From contig OZ116711.1 in NCBI GenBank assembly GCA_964199315.1, positions 21,390,001-21,454,000 on the forward strand: a stretch of 64,000 nt of DNA, in the 5' to 3' direction. Every line of letters starts with the position of its first letter. Within the stretch, counting starts at the first letter, position 1. The notes below the pieces were generated by a model. The model was not told where the DNA came from, did not search any database, and was given only the letters and a program-made list of their open reading frames with translations. Source of the stretch: Orbicella franksi (Eukaryota). Position numbers and translations under genes: made by a program. Below are positions 10,621-25,600 of this stretch, piece after piece.

Positions 10621-13600
10621 ATGGGTCAACAAGTTGCCATTAAAATACGATCGAAGCTTCAAGCGATTTTCTTCAAGTTGGGACGTTTTTCTCGGCGAAA
10701 CTGTTGGGCAGTTCTTGCTGCGGGTTTCTTCGTTCTGATAGGACTTTCTGTCGGGATCATAACAGCAACAATCGAAACAGATGTGGAAAAATTGTGGATG
10801 GAAGGTGAGTTGTAACCTGCTTGTAACATACGTGATATCACTAGGTTTGTATTTTTAAGTGTAGGTGTAAAATGATCGCATTCAACCCGACTCGGAAAGC
10901 TAGCTAAAACTAACATCAGAATTTTCTTTTGCAAGAGAATCGGCCTTGGTTTCAAGAGCAAGATCGCAGCTTGCCAGTGCCTCCAATTCTACCACTCTAT
11001 AACGTACTTCATTATCGAAAATCGCAGCGGGTCAGTCAGTATACACGACTAAGCTTACATTTACGACCATGACATCGCGGTTTTTTCGAGAACTTAATTC
11101 TGCTTCATAGTTCTTGTTATCAGTTTTAAGTTTAGTTTCGTCAGTTCACAACGAAACAGACCTAAACAGTCTAAATCAGAGCGATCGTTAAAAATTTACT
11201 CAATTTTACAGGCGACCATTAGATTTGCTTCAGTAATCGTATGCCGTGTTCATGCAATGCCCATGGGCTCGCCCTGGGTTTACAGGCAGAGGTCACGATT
11301 CAAGCGAAAATACGCTTGGAGATGGAAACGGCGCTAGAAATTAAACATTATACGAAAACTTAAGGCATTAAGTGGCATTATCTCTGTTTAATTTTCAAAA
11401 TAACTCCCAGTTTGGTGAACAGTTCGCTATTTAAAAAATGTCGAGGGAACTCAAGCGTAGTAGATGTAAACATGATGGACCGGAAGTCGCGTTTGTGCAT
11501 ACAAATGAGCTTGTTCGAGTGGCGTGATCTGACGCCATTCATACATCACGCAGGGGACCTGTGATCAATGTTTTTGCTTCTAGCAGCTGATTTTACTGCT
11601 TTTAAGTCTGATTGGACGGCGTTTCCTCTTTATTTTCATTTTTCATCCACCCAAGGGTTGTTACCTTCCGCCATAATGAGAAAAAAAAAAACAAAAAACG
11701 TATAAGTAAAGTAAAAACTTGGAAAAGAAAGAAAACTGAGTGTCGGAAAATGCCTTGAGAAAGCTTCAGAGAGCGGATATCTGCCTGATGAAAGATTTAT
11801 GTAAACATGCAGATTAAAAGATTGAAAGCAGTTGTTGTAATTGCGAAGAATCAGCATAAAAACAAGTTAAGGCTAAATTTTTAATTTCGTCGTTTGTAAT
11901 CCGTGTTAATCTTCTCCACCCTTGTTCCTTTAAGGTTTATTATTATCCCTTTGATGTTTTTCTATCTTGGTGAACTACTGTTTTCAGGTTTCCTTCAATT
12001 TAAAGGTAATTTTGTACGAGGCAAAAATAACTCAAAATACCGTGACTTGAAATCGCGATGAAATCGTGTAACTGTTGGTCGGTTTACAAAACCTATACCA
12101 TGTATACTATACCTTTTTAAAGGTGGGGCTTTTCAGTGGCAATACAAACAAAACAGTTTAGTGATAGCCTAATTCGGCGAGTTTTGTTATTTAATAAGTG
12201 GATAATTATACAATTATACAATACCCTTAATAGCACTCCCCTGGTAGGGCTTTTAAATGACAATACAAATCTGTACAAATAAATATATGTTATTTTCCTA
12301 GGTATCGCTTATGCCACGAAGCGCGGAAATGTCAATTCGTGTTTCATCAGTTCAGGTTACACCGTTTCAAACAAATTGTTAAAGCAGACCAACGTAGCAG
12401 TTCAGTTTACAGTTTACTGTATCTGACTATCTTTTCGTACGACCACTGACAATACTGGTCAAACATTAAGAGCCGACCCATGTGACAGCAACATAGATTT
12501 AAACTGGAACGAAAAAATTAATTTGATGTTTAAAGAGCTGTTTTATTTCGTAAAAAGAGCTCAGTCGTACCAACTTTATTCCCCGAAAGTAACGAGCCCC
12601 AAAGGCTGCTAATTCCGAAAGTATCACCGGAAGCAAGGGTGGTTACTTTGGAGTTTACGGTAGTTATGTGCCGCTCCAAAAGGTTTGGTTTTTGTGAGCA
12701 GTTTGCTTCTGTCATAGGGTTAAATTTATCTCTGAGGGGTAACTACAGGCAGGGAGCCATCAAAGCGCCCCCCCTGCCCCTTTCGTATTCACAGCATACT
12801 TCACCCTGTTTTGTTTTTTTTTGTGTAAATTTGTATTGTGGGATTAATCGTGTTTGATTTGTTTTGTTATAGTTGATGGACGACTAGAGAAAGAATTACA
12901 ATACACAAAGGATTCACTCGGAGAAGGCAGTGGAACAACTAATGAACTATTAATCCACGCTGCCAATGATGATTATGTTAATAATAATGATCAAGAAAGC
13001 AACATCTTGTCGATAGATTCATTACAGCGGCATTTGAAGGCAGTGCAGGCTGCTATTGATGTCAAGGTGGACATTTTTGGCAAGTGAGTTTTCCATTCAT
13101 CGTGTAATAACTTAACTTGACATGCAGAGCACTTCTCAATTCTTGTTTACCCACGTAAAAGATGTTTTAGTCGCCCTGTCCACACTACGCCGGAGAAATT
13201 TGAAAACGCAGCTTTATTTCTACGCTTAGGTCTACCGTGCACACAAATCTGTCACGACAGCTAAGGAAACTACTATTTTTAAACCGCAAGAACTAACTAA
13301 TTTCCTCATCAGAAAAAAAAAATGACTTGAAATATTGTGACATTAGCTTCTTCAACCGATGTCTAAGGTTTTCTTTTCCTCTAGGACCTGGACGCATAAT
13401 GACCTGTGTTATGTCCCAGAGGTACCGAAGTTCAACATCTCACTAGTGGATGGGGTAAGTGGAGCGAAGACTGGTGCGAATAGGCCAGTGGGGAATCGGG
13501 GCGGTAAAGTTGGTATCTAGATCTTAATTCTTTATTACCTGCCTTCAGTGAAATTAAAAATCTCTTAAACTTTTGATCCTACAAATCTGTTCTGCTCAAT

Positions 13601-16600
13601 TGACCAACAATTTCATGTTGATACGTTTTGAAGTAATATATCGAACACGAAAGACCGTGTTTGACCACATTTCCAAACATCGAGAAGGGAATTGTAAATA
13701 AGACGCCTAGCGGAGTATTTTTGACTAACTTCGAGGCGTTTGGAAATGTGGTCAAAGACGGTATTGAGTGTTTGATATATCTTCTCAATCGAACACAGTA
13801 AAGTTCACAATAGCTTTCAGACGTTCGCATTTTTTTGGTACATCAGATGTAAACAAATATCGACGATACAATTTTCCTTACTTCTTACGTGTTTATCATT
13901 TTGATGACTGGCATGTTTCTAGCACTCGGCAGAAGATAAAAAAACTGCTGTACGTAATAACTAAAGGCTGGTTTTCACTAGCGACGGAGTCGGATTTATA
14001 GTCGGAGTCGTAAGAGCGCTTACTACCTGGTGAAAATCGAAAATCGGAGTTGTAAGTGGAGTCATAAGCTCGATGGAATCAGAATCGGAGGAATCAGAAC
14101 GTTTCCATTTCTTCCGATTCCGTTTACGACTCCGTCGCTTATGATCCAGTGAAAACTAGGTTGTCAGAGTCGGAAGCAGAAGCGGAAGAACCAACCAATC
14201 ACAAGGCCCGGAATCAAACATTGTGATTGGTTTATTCTTCCGCTTCTGCTTCCGACTCCGACAATCTAGTTTTCACTGGATCGTAAGCGAAGGAGTCATA
14301 AGCGGATGCGGTGTTCTGCCTCCGACTCCATCGGTTTGATTTTCACTAAATCGTATCACTCTACGCTTCTGATTACGACTCTGACTACGACTCCGTCGCT
14401 AATGAAAACCAGCCTTAATGAAGCAAGTGCTTTATGAAAACCTATTGTTGATGTTGTAACTATTTCTTCTTTTGACAAACGTTTAGATTGTCTCAGCCAT
14501 TATCCCGTGTCTCATAATATCTCCTTTGGATTGTTTCTGGGATGGCGCGAAAGTTCTTAAACTAAGAGCTCCTTTACCAGACGAAGCTAAGTAAGTATTC
14601 TGAATATTTAGCAAGCTCTCGTTAATATTTTTTCCAGTTAGGTTTGACCATAAAGCGAATTTTTGCGAGTTCAAGGCTCGTTAGCCGATTTCGCCCGGTT
14701 TTCATAAAAACCAAGACCGATTAATTGCAATGGCCCATCACAGTCAACGAAAACAACTCAGTGAACCAATGAAAACTCGAATCAAATACAAGTATCGGGC
14801 GCTTCACCAAGTCAAGTTTTGGTTTTCGCTGCATCGGATTGTTTAAGTTGGTTGCGCGAGGTTTAGTTTTAAACTATCACAGAACGCAGCAAAGCAAAAA
14901 CCAGAGAAATTCCAGACGGAGCACTTTCGACACTTAATAGAAAACTTCTCTTTGTCTGAGTTTGCGTTCATACATAACACCAGACAAAGACTTTTGCAGT
15001 TTGATATGAATCATAGATTTAGTGCTTGTAAATACTGGCTTTTAATTTTTAGAGGTAGAAAGGCTTACTTATCGTACCGTGTAATTGCAATTGTAATTGT
15101 TTTTTTGTTGTTTTTTTTTTTTTAAGTTCCTCTTTATTTTGGTCCAAAGTGTCCTTTGGAATTTTTCTCCTTGTGGATTATAGAATTCGTTGTAACGCAT
15201 TTCTTGTTTTCTTGTCAGAATCTTTCCCTTGGAATGGACAAAGAGCGATCCCGCTTTTCTTCTGGGTCTGTTGGATGCATTTCAAATTGAAGGCAGACAG
15301 GAAATCAAGGATTTGTTTTTCAAGGTTGGTGATCTGGAAAATAGCTGTTTGATTTTGTGGGATCGTACAGGGGGGGGGGGGGGGGAGGTGGACGCCCCAT
15401 ATATATCTTACGCCCATATAAAAGGGACGTTGGTGCTCGTCGTACCTTTTAGGCGTTAAAAAAACGGTTTTCGTACCTCTTAGGATGTTCATTCTCAAAA
15501 CACCCGCAAATAAGTTCAAGCCACGCCCCCGGATCGTGGTGGCGAAGATCAAGGCATATTTAAAAGCGCTAGGGTCGGTTTAGATATAATTAGATAGTTC
15601 CTAAAGGAACTGTCTTACTGAGTTCGAAAGCAAGTAAACAGCTAAAACTACTGGCATTCTGTTGTTCTCTCGAAATGAGGCGGGGATTATGAGACGAGAC
15701 TTTTAAGACGATAGGGGATTGGGGCGAGACATGGGTGGAGCACTCGCCTCAACCCCTTCACGCCCAAACCGCGCTTATGCGTTCCTGTTGACAGATAAAC
15801 ACTCGTCTGACCCTAAGAGAAAAAACCGACTACCAGCAGTCTAGAAAGCAAGTGAACACTGATTGACACACTCGGTTCATTATTAACATCGAAAGGGTCA
15901 GCCACGCCCTTGTTTTTGTTTACATGCAAGAATTTGGCTATTATATGTTATTCGGAGCATGTCGAAACGAAGTAAATCCCTTTGAAACTACTCAAGATAA
16001 TTAAACATACCTTCAGGAACACAACTTACAGTAAAACAATAAGAATTCGCTTCACCATGCATTATCAATAATTTCGATGGCATCGAAAATGGCAGAGGTT
16101 GACTAGGGTCCTTCAAGATTCACGCTTGAACCATTAGCCTTTCATTGTGTTACGTCCTTACAGGCTGGTATAATCAAAGGTTATCAAGAGAAACCGTGTC
16201 TTGATCCGTCAGAGCAGGACTGTCCGACAACAGCGCCGAACAAGAAAACAGGAAAGGTAAGAGGATTACCATATATGGTAAGATCATGCTTTAGATCATG
16301 CTATAGAAAATACAGCCAATTATAATACAGGAAAGCCGTTGTATGTTCGACAGTATTACATCCAACCTTCCCATCATGGGCCGCACGTTTGTCGCAGAGA
16401 TTGTGTTGACCACTGTATTTTTTATGGAATGGTATACCACTCGAAAGCGTTTCATATAACTAGTATGTATGTGTGAAATCACAAATAGGGCTCTGGTCTG
16501 TTTGTGTTTTTTTGTTTTGTTTTGTTTTGTCCATTGCAAAATACTCCATGGCATTGCGCAGTGTCTTCCTGTTGTCCTGGCTCCCTCCACTACAGGTTTC

Positions 16601-19600
16601 TAGCTTCCTGTTCTCCTTTTCCTCTTCCCGCGGAAACTTCCCGCCGCCTATCTGCTACAATCCAACAACCAGCCCCCCCCCCCCCCCCCTCCACCACCAC
16701 CACCACCATCCCAACCCCAGCCAGGCATTTATCGCTGTCAAGCCTCTTCCTCAATCAATGAAATGCAGTTTGGAAACCCGTTTATGCTTCCCTCTTCGCA
16801 CAGTTGCCAAATGTAAAGGAAGAGCTGACTGGAGGGTGCAGAGGATTCGCTACAGAATTCATGCAATGGGCAGAAGAGCTGATAGTCGGAGGAACGGAGA
16901 AAAGCAATAGCACGTTGAAAAGGTGAGAGAACAAGATTTTCAAAGCTTTAGTCAATCCAGTAGAAAAAAACGCCTATGAACTACCAGTAGATAGAAGCTT
17001 CTGAGAATGGTCTTCTGACATTCAAATTTACGGCGTGGCAAAAGTCAGTACCAAGAATTATTATTGTAATACAACTTCAGACTGAAAGAGTTCAAAATTT
17101 TATTGAAAAGTAACGTTGTCAGCTTTCTCCATTCTCGTAGGCAGCGTTTTTCTGCCGTACTAGGGCCAGCCGCTCTGGAAACAAAACAAAAAGCCGGGTT
17201 TTTTTTTTTTTACCAAACTGTTAGGTCGAAGTGGTCTCAGACATATGTTTCAGGACTGCGGCGGGCGCAGTTCATTCTCTGGCGTACAAAGAGAATTCCA
17301 ACTACCCTCGACTATAACATAGCAAAAACGTACTTTAAACACTTTCTCTGTACTTTGGAACTAGCAACTAACATTGAATTATTTCTTTATCTCTCAGTGC
17401 AAAAGCCTTGCAGACAATTCTAGTTTTAACCGGTCCGCAAGGTTTGTACAAGCGATGGGCTGATAAATCCCAAGATTTGAATGTCGAGTGGAACATGGAT
17501 GCAGCCAAACAAGTTTTAGAAACATGGCAAAGGAGCTTCACAGAGGTAAAGAAAAAAATACTGCCAGAGGACTCATTCTGTATACTACGTGAAGTTCGTT
17601 CTCGCTCACTGAGAGCAACCTGGATCCCAGGCTCCCTCTACTTTTCCTCAGGCTGGGATCGAGGTTGAACTGACTGATGATGGTTTCTGCATTTTAATCT
17701 TTGATCGAGAGTTAAATTACAAGCTTACCATCACTGACGTTTGTCAGAGCAAAGGACAAACAAACGAACAGAACAAATAAAAACACAAAGTGTCTAGTTC
17801 TGAGACATCCGTTTTCCAAATTCGCTAGGGCGGATGACTTTACCTTTATCGATTGCTAGCTGATTATCAACTGTATATGTTTTAGTTACCCTTTAACGAA
17901 GTACAACCGTTTTTTAAAAATAAATTTAATCGCTTTGCATGCTGTCTTCAATTTTTTCTCAACCCGCAGGAAATCAACAAAGATGTCACAGACACAGGAG
18001 AGTTCAATGTCCTGGCGTTCGACTCAGCCTCTGTCACGGACTTACTGCAAGAGTTTTCACAGACAAGCGTGACAAGGATTGCTATTGGTTACATCCTTAT
18101 GGTAAACACTATATAAAAATAGCAACGCAACGCCTCGCGTGACGACCCAACTGACAGCTTAGGGAATTCTTAGTTCTGGGCATGCTTTCGGACCCAATCT
18201 TTTTCCCCTGGCGTCCTTTCTATTCCTCTTTCGACAATAAAAGGAAGAGAGAATCCTGTGAACGAGTAGAAAACCTCGAACCCAAGCTTTCTCTCTTTTT
18301 CTTGCCTGGGATCGAGATTAGTCCATAGAGTAATCGGTTTGTCAACGTCACAGACTTTGATTATAGCCATCAATAGCATTGTTTAGAATTTTGCAATAAC
18401 TTATCTAAAAACAACACCGACAAGTAAACAATCAAAAGCAACTGAGACTGTTCTGACAAAACGAATTAGCTGTTAAATCTCGTGGCGCTTTTTCTTGTTA
18501 CTGTTCGCACAAACGTCCCCTCTATAATCATATTGATAGTTCCGTGTTAGAGCTTAACTTTACCGTACGTTAACCGATACCCCCCTTAAGGTGCAATACA
18601 GGCATCCTCTAGCGTAATCGGTTAATGTGTTCTAACTTGTTTCTATTGTTGCAGCTCGTCTACGCATGCCTAACTCTGAAGCGCTGGTGTGATCCAATCA
18701 ATTCCCATGGTGCTCTGGGGTTTGCTGGAGTTCTACTTGTGACTCTCTCGGTGGCTGCCGGGCTAGGTTTTAGTGCGCTTTGCGGCATCACATTTAACGC
18801 AGCTTCAACACAGGTCAGAACTGACAAGATTTTGTGAAACCAAGATCGCTTTAAAAAGTGATTAATTTGAACCCGTATGTCGAAATTTTGGACGTTTTTC
18901 TGCTTCTAAATGCATTTCCTGGCGTTATCTTTAAATTATAATAATCAATCTTAAACGAAGATTCTTTAACATTTCTTTCATTCGGCCACCTTTCGTTGAA
19001 AGTTTTATGTTTTAAAAGCGATCAGTATTTGCTATATGACACTCGGACGGGGTGAGTTGCGAATTGCGTTTACAGCGATGCCTCGTTTTGTTCAATTCAT
19101 TCGGTTTGGTGAAATGCTTATTGGTGAATTTCTTTAAAGGTTATCGTGTCGAGTAAATGATTAGCGTTCAGTGGGAGTTCTGCTTTTAATCTCGGCTAAA
19201 TCAATATACTAATTTCTTGTTTTACAGGTTTTACCATTCCTCGCTCTGGGCCTGGGCGTAGATGATATGTTTCTGCTCGCACACTCATATTCATCCTTAA
19301 CACAAAGAGCAGACACTCGCCATTTGGTGAGTATAGTGAAAGTCAGAATCAAATAGTAAAATGATATCATTTGTAATCTTTCTTATTGTATTGTAATTGG
19401 CAATCTTTCCTTAATTTCCTGTATCCCTTCATAGCAGGTTTTACGCTCGTCCGTTCCCGCCAAAACTACCACTGCCAAATTTGTGAAATCATGCGCGACG
19501 AAAACACATAGTGACGAGCCAAAGTTGGTGCATAAGCGTTATTTGATTCTCTGTGCCAAGAGACCATGATCTAGTCTGTGCATATTGGGCGTAAAACGCG

Positions 19601-22600
19601 ATAATTTTCAGAAAATGTCTTTTTTTGGCCTGAAACTGGAGGACTTCACAAACATGAGACATTTGCTGTAGGCTGTCACTACCAAATGTTTCAATTTTCC
19701 CGCCAAAACGTTCAGCAGGAACTTTTCATGCAGAGAGCGTTTGACAGCTGTAATTAATATCAGGATAGACCATGTCACTTAGCAACGCTCTTGGATTCAA
19801 ATCCACGACCAATTATCTGCGTATGGTTAATCTGCATAAATTATGCATAACTTATAAATGATAAATTATGCTTAAGTTCTAAATTATGTAAAAATTAACC
19901 AGTATGTATAAATTATAAATTATGCACAAATTATGTACTGTTGTTTTAACAGGAGGAGCCTGTAGGTTACTGTGTGGGGACCACTGGGGTCAGTGTGTTC
20001 CTTACGTCATTCAACAACATGCTGGCGTTCTTTATGGCTGCGCTGATTCCGATTCCAGCTCTGAGATATTTTGCTATACAGGTGAATACAATGAGAATGC
20101 ACGTTTACGTAACAGCCCTGATTGAAGTGTGAACATATTATGTTTCCAGTACTATGGCCAAATTTGAGTAACGATTAAAACAAAAAATAATTTAGCAAAC
20201 ACTTTTCTTTTCACGCGCTTAATTCGTTTCCCCACTGTAGAAGCGTGTGAGACTGGACCCGAAATTCCATATTGATTACGTAACATTACAGAGATCCATG
20301 TCGCGTGTCTGATTGGTTGTTGTTGCACGCGAAAACTTAAAACCCAGCAAGATATCAAAATTCTGTCATGGAACCAAAGCTACCTACCAAATTTCATTTT
20401 CTTTGCATCAAGTTTCTTATGGGAATAACCAGAGAAAGGAATCTTAAAAAGGTCGCACTTTTGGGTAGAAAGCAAAAAAAGCATAGTTCATTTCTTTTTT
20501 AAGCTAACTTCGTTCCTTATACTTGCATTTGACGGGCAGCTGTCAATAAAGGGAACTGTTTTTCTTCGATAGGCTGCTGTCGTTGTTATCTTCAATTTCA
20601 TCGGTGTTATCATCGTCTTTCCTGCCATGATTGCAATCGACGTGAGAAGAAGACAAGAACAAAGATACGACATAATCTGCTGTGTTAAAGGGTTAGATAC
20701 TGTTCGCTGTTCGTCATATTCTGTCTATCCTCTTATAAATAAGCCCAGTAAATGCGCTGAAAAAGAGTCAGCGCAGATTTCAAAATTGTGCATGTGTCGA
20801 TTTTGTAATGTAGCGGAAAAATCTGAAAATCCAAGATGGCGGACTTTTTGTTGGCTTATGACGTCACGTAAGCCCGCAATAGACGTCATAGTAATTACGT
20901 CACCACCATTATTTAAAATAAATATCTATACTTTCTGATAGTTATACGTGAAACGTTAAACGTGAAGAGTGTATATCGCGCGTGTGAGACGTTGGGTGTG
21001 CGAGCCTTCGAGTACACATGCATGTAATGTTTAGAGAGATCAGACGAAGCGTTTTAGTCAAGTGAAAATCTATTTCAGGCCTTTGTTCAGTTTTATCCGT
21101 AACATGACCTCTTAGCTCCTCTTATTACGTACGAGACACTTGAAAACCAACTTGAACTTGATTGGGGCTAATAGGCAGCGTTTAGTTTAGTTTTATCAAC
21201 TTCAAGGAAAAGTCTGCGCAATTGTAGAATTCTGCTTCAAGTTTAAGATGAAGCGATTCACTGGCCCACTGCGGCAGCACAATTAATCGATCCTTATACT
21301 TTGAAAATAACTTGGCAGATCAACACAAACAGAAGATACCGTGTTACCAACAGCGTACGGACAAAAGGTTCCACCCAAAAACGGCCTCTCGAACAGTCAC
21401 GCGCCGCCAGAAACTAACAAAACGGTCGTGATGAACAAGTCTGACTCGTCCATCGCTGAAGTGCTGGTCAACGAGTACGCTAGTAACGTGGATAAGCAGT
21501 CAAAGACATCGTATGGCAGTGAAGCCAGCGTGACGAGAAATCATGTTGGCTCTAATGCCTCGACTGCTCCGGGGAGTGGAACTGATTCTTCAATGAATTT
21601 TAATGGTAACAGATCTTGTCCGGCGATGTGTGCTCCTTTGCCCCTTCAGCATTTTGCCACGGTTTACTATGGACCGTTTCTGCAGAAAACTCCAGTAAAG
21701 GTGAGCGTTTGTCATCAACCTTTTCAGAGTTCAGTGACTTTTCAATTGTTAAACGATGGCGTATTTGAAACGTTTTGGCCGCTCGAGAGATCGATGCTAA
21801 ACTTCAATTTCTGTGGTATGAAGCGACTAGGAGAACTGCTACTCTCCCTGGATGGGATGTAGCGTATTGCAGGTTACCCCCCTCCCCTGCGTTAGCAGTA
21901 TGTCAGGTCGTTGGGACAATGAGAAAAGGTGCATGTTCACTATGACTCGAGCTTCTTTCAGCCGTTCAGTTAGTTAGGGCGCGACGCAAAGAATGGCGCT
22001 AAAAAAAGAGGAGAAGCGCGGCGTTCCTCGCATAACGCCTCTCTCGCCTTGTCGCTCCGTCCCAATTTCTTTTTGCGCTGCGCCCCAACTAACCAAACGC
22101 CTGGACGAAGCTACCATGCCTTCCTTGGGTGTCTGCAATGAAACGGTTCACGACCTCTAATTTCAGTCGAGGAGATCAAAGCAAGTGCCTTGGCCTTCTC
22201 TTGTTTCAGCATATTCATCTATCCAAATGAAGTTTGGTATAGGTGATCGTATGAATGCGGTAATGAAATTCTACTTGGCGCACACCGGAAAATGTGCCCG
22301 TTGTTCGCAAGCGGGAATTGTAATCATTCTGTCCCCGTTGTTATTCACGTAGAAACGTTCCGTCAAAGACTTATAATGGTATAATTTTTTCTTAAGTCTA
22401 AATTGTATTTCTCTTTTTCAGGTTGTTGTGATAATTTTCTTCCTTAGTCTCCTCGCCGTTGGAATTTACGGCGCGCTGCAAGTTGAAGACGGTCTTGAGC
22501 TCACAGATGTTGTACCAAGCGAAAGCGTGGCACACAGATTTGTCGACGCTCAATTCAAGTATTTTTCGTTTTATCCATTGGCGCTTGTTACACAAGAGGG

Positions 22601-25600
22601 ATTTGACTACGCTTATCAGCAAGAAAAGTTATTATCCTACCATGAAGACTTTAAACAGGTTAGTGGTGAGAAATGGTATGGTCTGCCATAGGAATCCCTA
22701 AGGCTCCGTCCACAGTTCGCCGAAAAAATTTGAAAACGCAGCTTTATTTCTAAGGTTAGGCCTACCGTCCACACTAATCCGTCACGAAAACGGAACTTTT
22801 CGAAAACGCTCTTTGAACCGGAGGAATTTGAAAACGCCGGCTTTGCGTTTTGGTGTGCACGGAAAACAATTTGAAAACGGAGCTTTTCGAAAACGATGGC
22901 GTTACGATAATCACGTGATTTCCCTGACCGAGTTTTCCTCAACCAGAAATCCAAAATGGCCGATGATTGTTGCGTTTTCAAATTCCTACGGCGTAGTGTG
23001 AACGGAAAACATTTGATGCGTTTTTTTTTTCACACGTACAGTGAAACCTCCGTTTTCAAAATTTTCCCGGCGTAGTGTGCACGGGGCCTTAAGTAAGTGG
23101 TCAAGGCAGGGAAATTCTTCTTCGCTCCAGGCAAGCGAGTAACGTACAGTAATTAGTGTGACTGAGAGTAACCGGCTTAAAATCATAAATCTAAACCAAC
23201 TTTCTATTCCTTTCCTTGCCAACAGATTCCAAATATAATCAGAATTCCTGACTCAGAAGAAATTCCTGAATTTTGGTTGATGTACTTTCGAGAATGGCTA
23301 AATGGTAAGGGTTAAGAATCAACTTCGTCCAAAAAATTGTAGTTAACACTGGTTTTCGTTCAAACCCGAACGCGCAGTCGAAAGGGGTCTTCCTATGAAA
23401 TTCCGGGCCTTATCCGTCTGCCATTGCCGAAGAAAAGGAATTTTTGTCAGTAATTTGAATCTTGTAATACCTTAAGAAATGAATTAATGACTGATGAATT
23501 CGGGGCGTCACCGAGGAACCTGTAACTGCGATGTTGTATGAAATTAATGAGTAAAGAACTTTTGCTTAAGACGTCTTGAAAAATGTTTGTTTGATAGAAG
23601 TATACGGCGACAAAAAAGACAAGGCGTTAAAGGCTTACCAAATAACTTTTGTTTTGCCATTTCGTAGTAATTGTAGTCAGCTGAGTTATCTCTTTATATT
23701 TAATTTTAATCATTTGTAGGACATCACAGAACATAACAATGTAACAATGTTTCTTGCTGTCTAGATACTCAAACATCATTTAATCAGGACTGGGCAAAGA
23801 AATATATTACATATTCTGGCTGGAATGATAGCGCATCAAGTACTGGTGTTATCGCCTACAAATTACTCTCTCAGAATGACAGCTCTGACAAGATTGACAG
23901 ATCAAGGGTAAGCACAGCTGCAAAGTTTTACCTGCGGCAGAAACCAAAAATTCCAAAGTGATGACGTAGCTTCTCAGAGAAACGTATAGTTCTCTGATTG
24001 GATGTCACTTGCGCGCGAAAACGAAACAACGACCGATCAAAGACGTTTTACGCATGTCATTAAAGCTACGTCATCAGAATGGCAAGGATCGGGGGGGGGA
24101 ATCCTATATAAAAAGGACGGGGGTGCTCTTCGTACCTTTTAGGGGTTAAAAAATCGGTTTTGGCACCGCTTAGGGTATTCAGTCTCAAAAGGTCCACAGC
24201 GGGAGCTTTTGCCGTACCTTTTAGGGTATTTAGGCGAAAAAATATGACAGGAGATAATGTGTTGTTTTAGCATTGGTACCTCTCTGGGGCGAAAAAACAG
24301 ATTCAAGTCATGCCTACAAAACAGGATCTTGGTACCTACTAGGGGTTCTTTTCAAAATTTCCGACGAGCACCCCTGTCCTTTTCTTGCGCTCTTGGATAA
24401 ACTTGATTTGATATTTTTAAAAACAGATAGTAATATTTGAGTGACCAGTGATATGCATATGTACATGGCTGTTTTCAGGCTGGAAGCTATAAACTGGTCA
24501 GCGATGCTGGAATCATTCGTCCTGAAATATTTTACAAAGCTCTCACAATTTGGATTGACAGGGACGTGCTGGGATATGCGTTTTCACAAGTATGTAATAA
24601 AAGCAACATATTCAGTTGAAAAAAGTGCTTGTCATGACTCTCGTAGAAAGCCATACAGGATGAACGCGAAGAAATTACCCATCACTCTTTTTTCAACAAT
24701 GCTCTTACAATAGCAGCTAGTAGTGGGAGCAAAGCTAATGATTGGCTTAACGTGCCTGCCTAGGCACACGCTTTTAAAAGAGATACGTCATTGTTTGCGC
24801 ATCTGAAAAAAGTTTAGCCTAAATTTTTCAAGATCGTCGTTCGTAATCCTTGTTGATCTTCTCCATCCTTAACCATCCTTGTTTCTTTATGGTTTATTAC
24901 AGTCTCTTGGTTGTTTTTGTATCTTAGTAAAAGTACTATTTTCAGGTAACCTTCAATTTAAAAGAAGTTTTGTAAGCGGCCAAAATAACTCAAAATACCG
25001 TGAGTGCGCTCCTTTAACAGTTGAGAAAAGTTTCTTAACGCCCGATTGGCGTTCACGAGGGTTATTTTATAACCCCGTTTGTGGTCCGGCCTTGATTTGA
25101 ACTCACGACCTCTGCGTTCGAAGAAGCTGTCCTATCAACTGAGCTATTTTAATAAAGCTAAGCCGGCCTGCATGTGCCATTGATGACTTGTACGTCATGT
25201 TCGTCTTTTTCTTGTAGTCAAATATCAAACCAGAGACAGTCGATTGGACAAACATCAGAAGCGAACAAGATGACGAAGCAATGAAAGGTGACCATCAATT
25301 TCAAGAGTTTATAGTGCTTCACATTACATACCAGATGAGACGCGGTCTAACGCTGTTTCGCCTCGTCTTGTTTATTTCAGTGCCTGCTGCCAAGCCAATC
25401 ACATTTGCGAAGATCAACTTCAACGTCATTGGCCTTAAGGAAACCAAGGATTTTGTGACGCTGATTAAAGTAAGTTAAAGCTACTTTCGAGCCATTGAAA
25501 CCACCCAGAAACAAACTTCTACATATTAAGGCAATGATTTTTTTTTAAATTTAAAATGCTTCATCTCTCTGAAACCAGAGTGATTAAATGTATAAATTTA

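Noticed and set aside
14020-14400. Regularly spaced GGAGTCG/CGACTCC units resembling a CRISPR-like array
   Set aside because: Internal subrepeats of a TIR-bounded MITE in a eukaryotic intron; no constant repeat-spacer periodicity and no cas genes.
16473-16910. 145-aa ORF with [13 protein letters not shown]
   Set aside because: Chance read-through of an intronic poly-C/(CCA)n microsatellite; the real exon 16804-16922 is in another frame.
22637-23222. Recurrent ORFs with FENGAFRKR / [17 protein letters not shown] peptides here and at ~27970, 47282, 51091 and 61194
   Set aside because: Translations of non-coding MITE family 1 copies; the similarity reflects the repeat, not a protein family.
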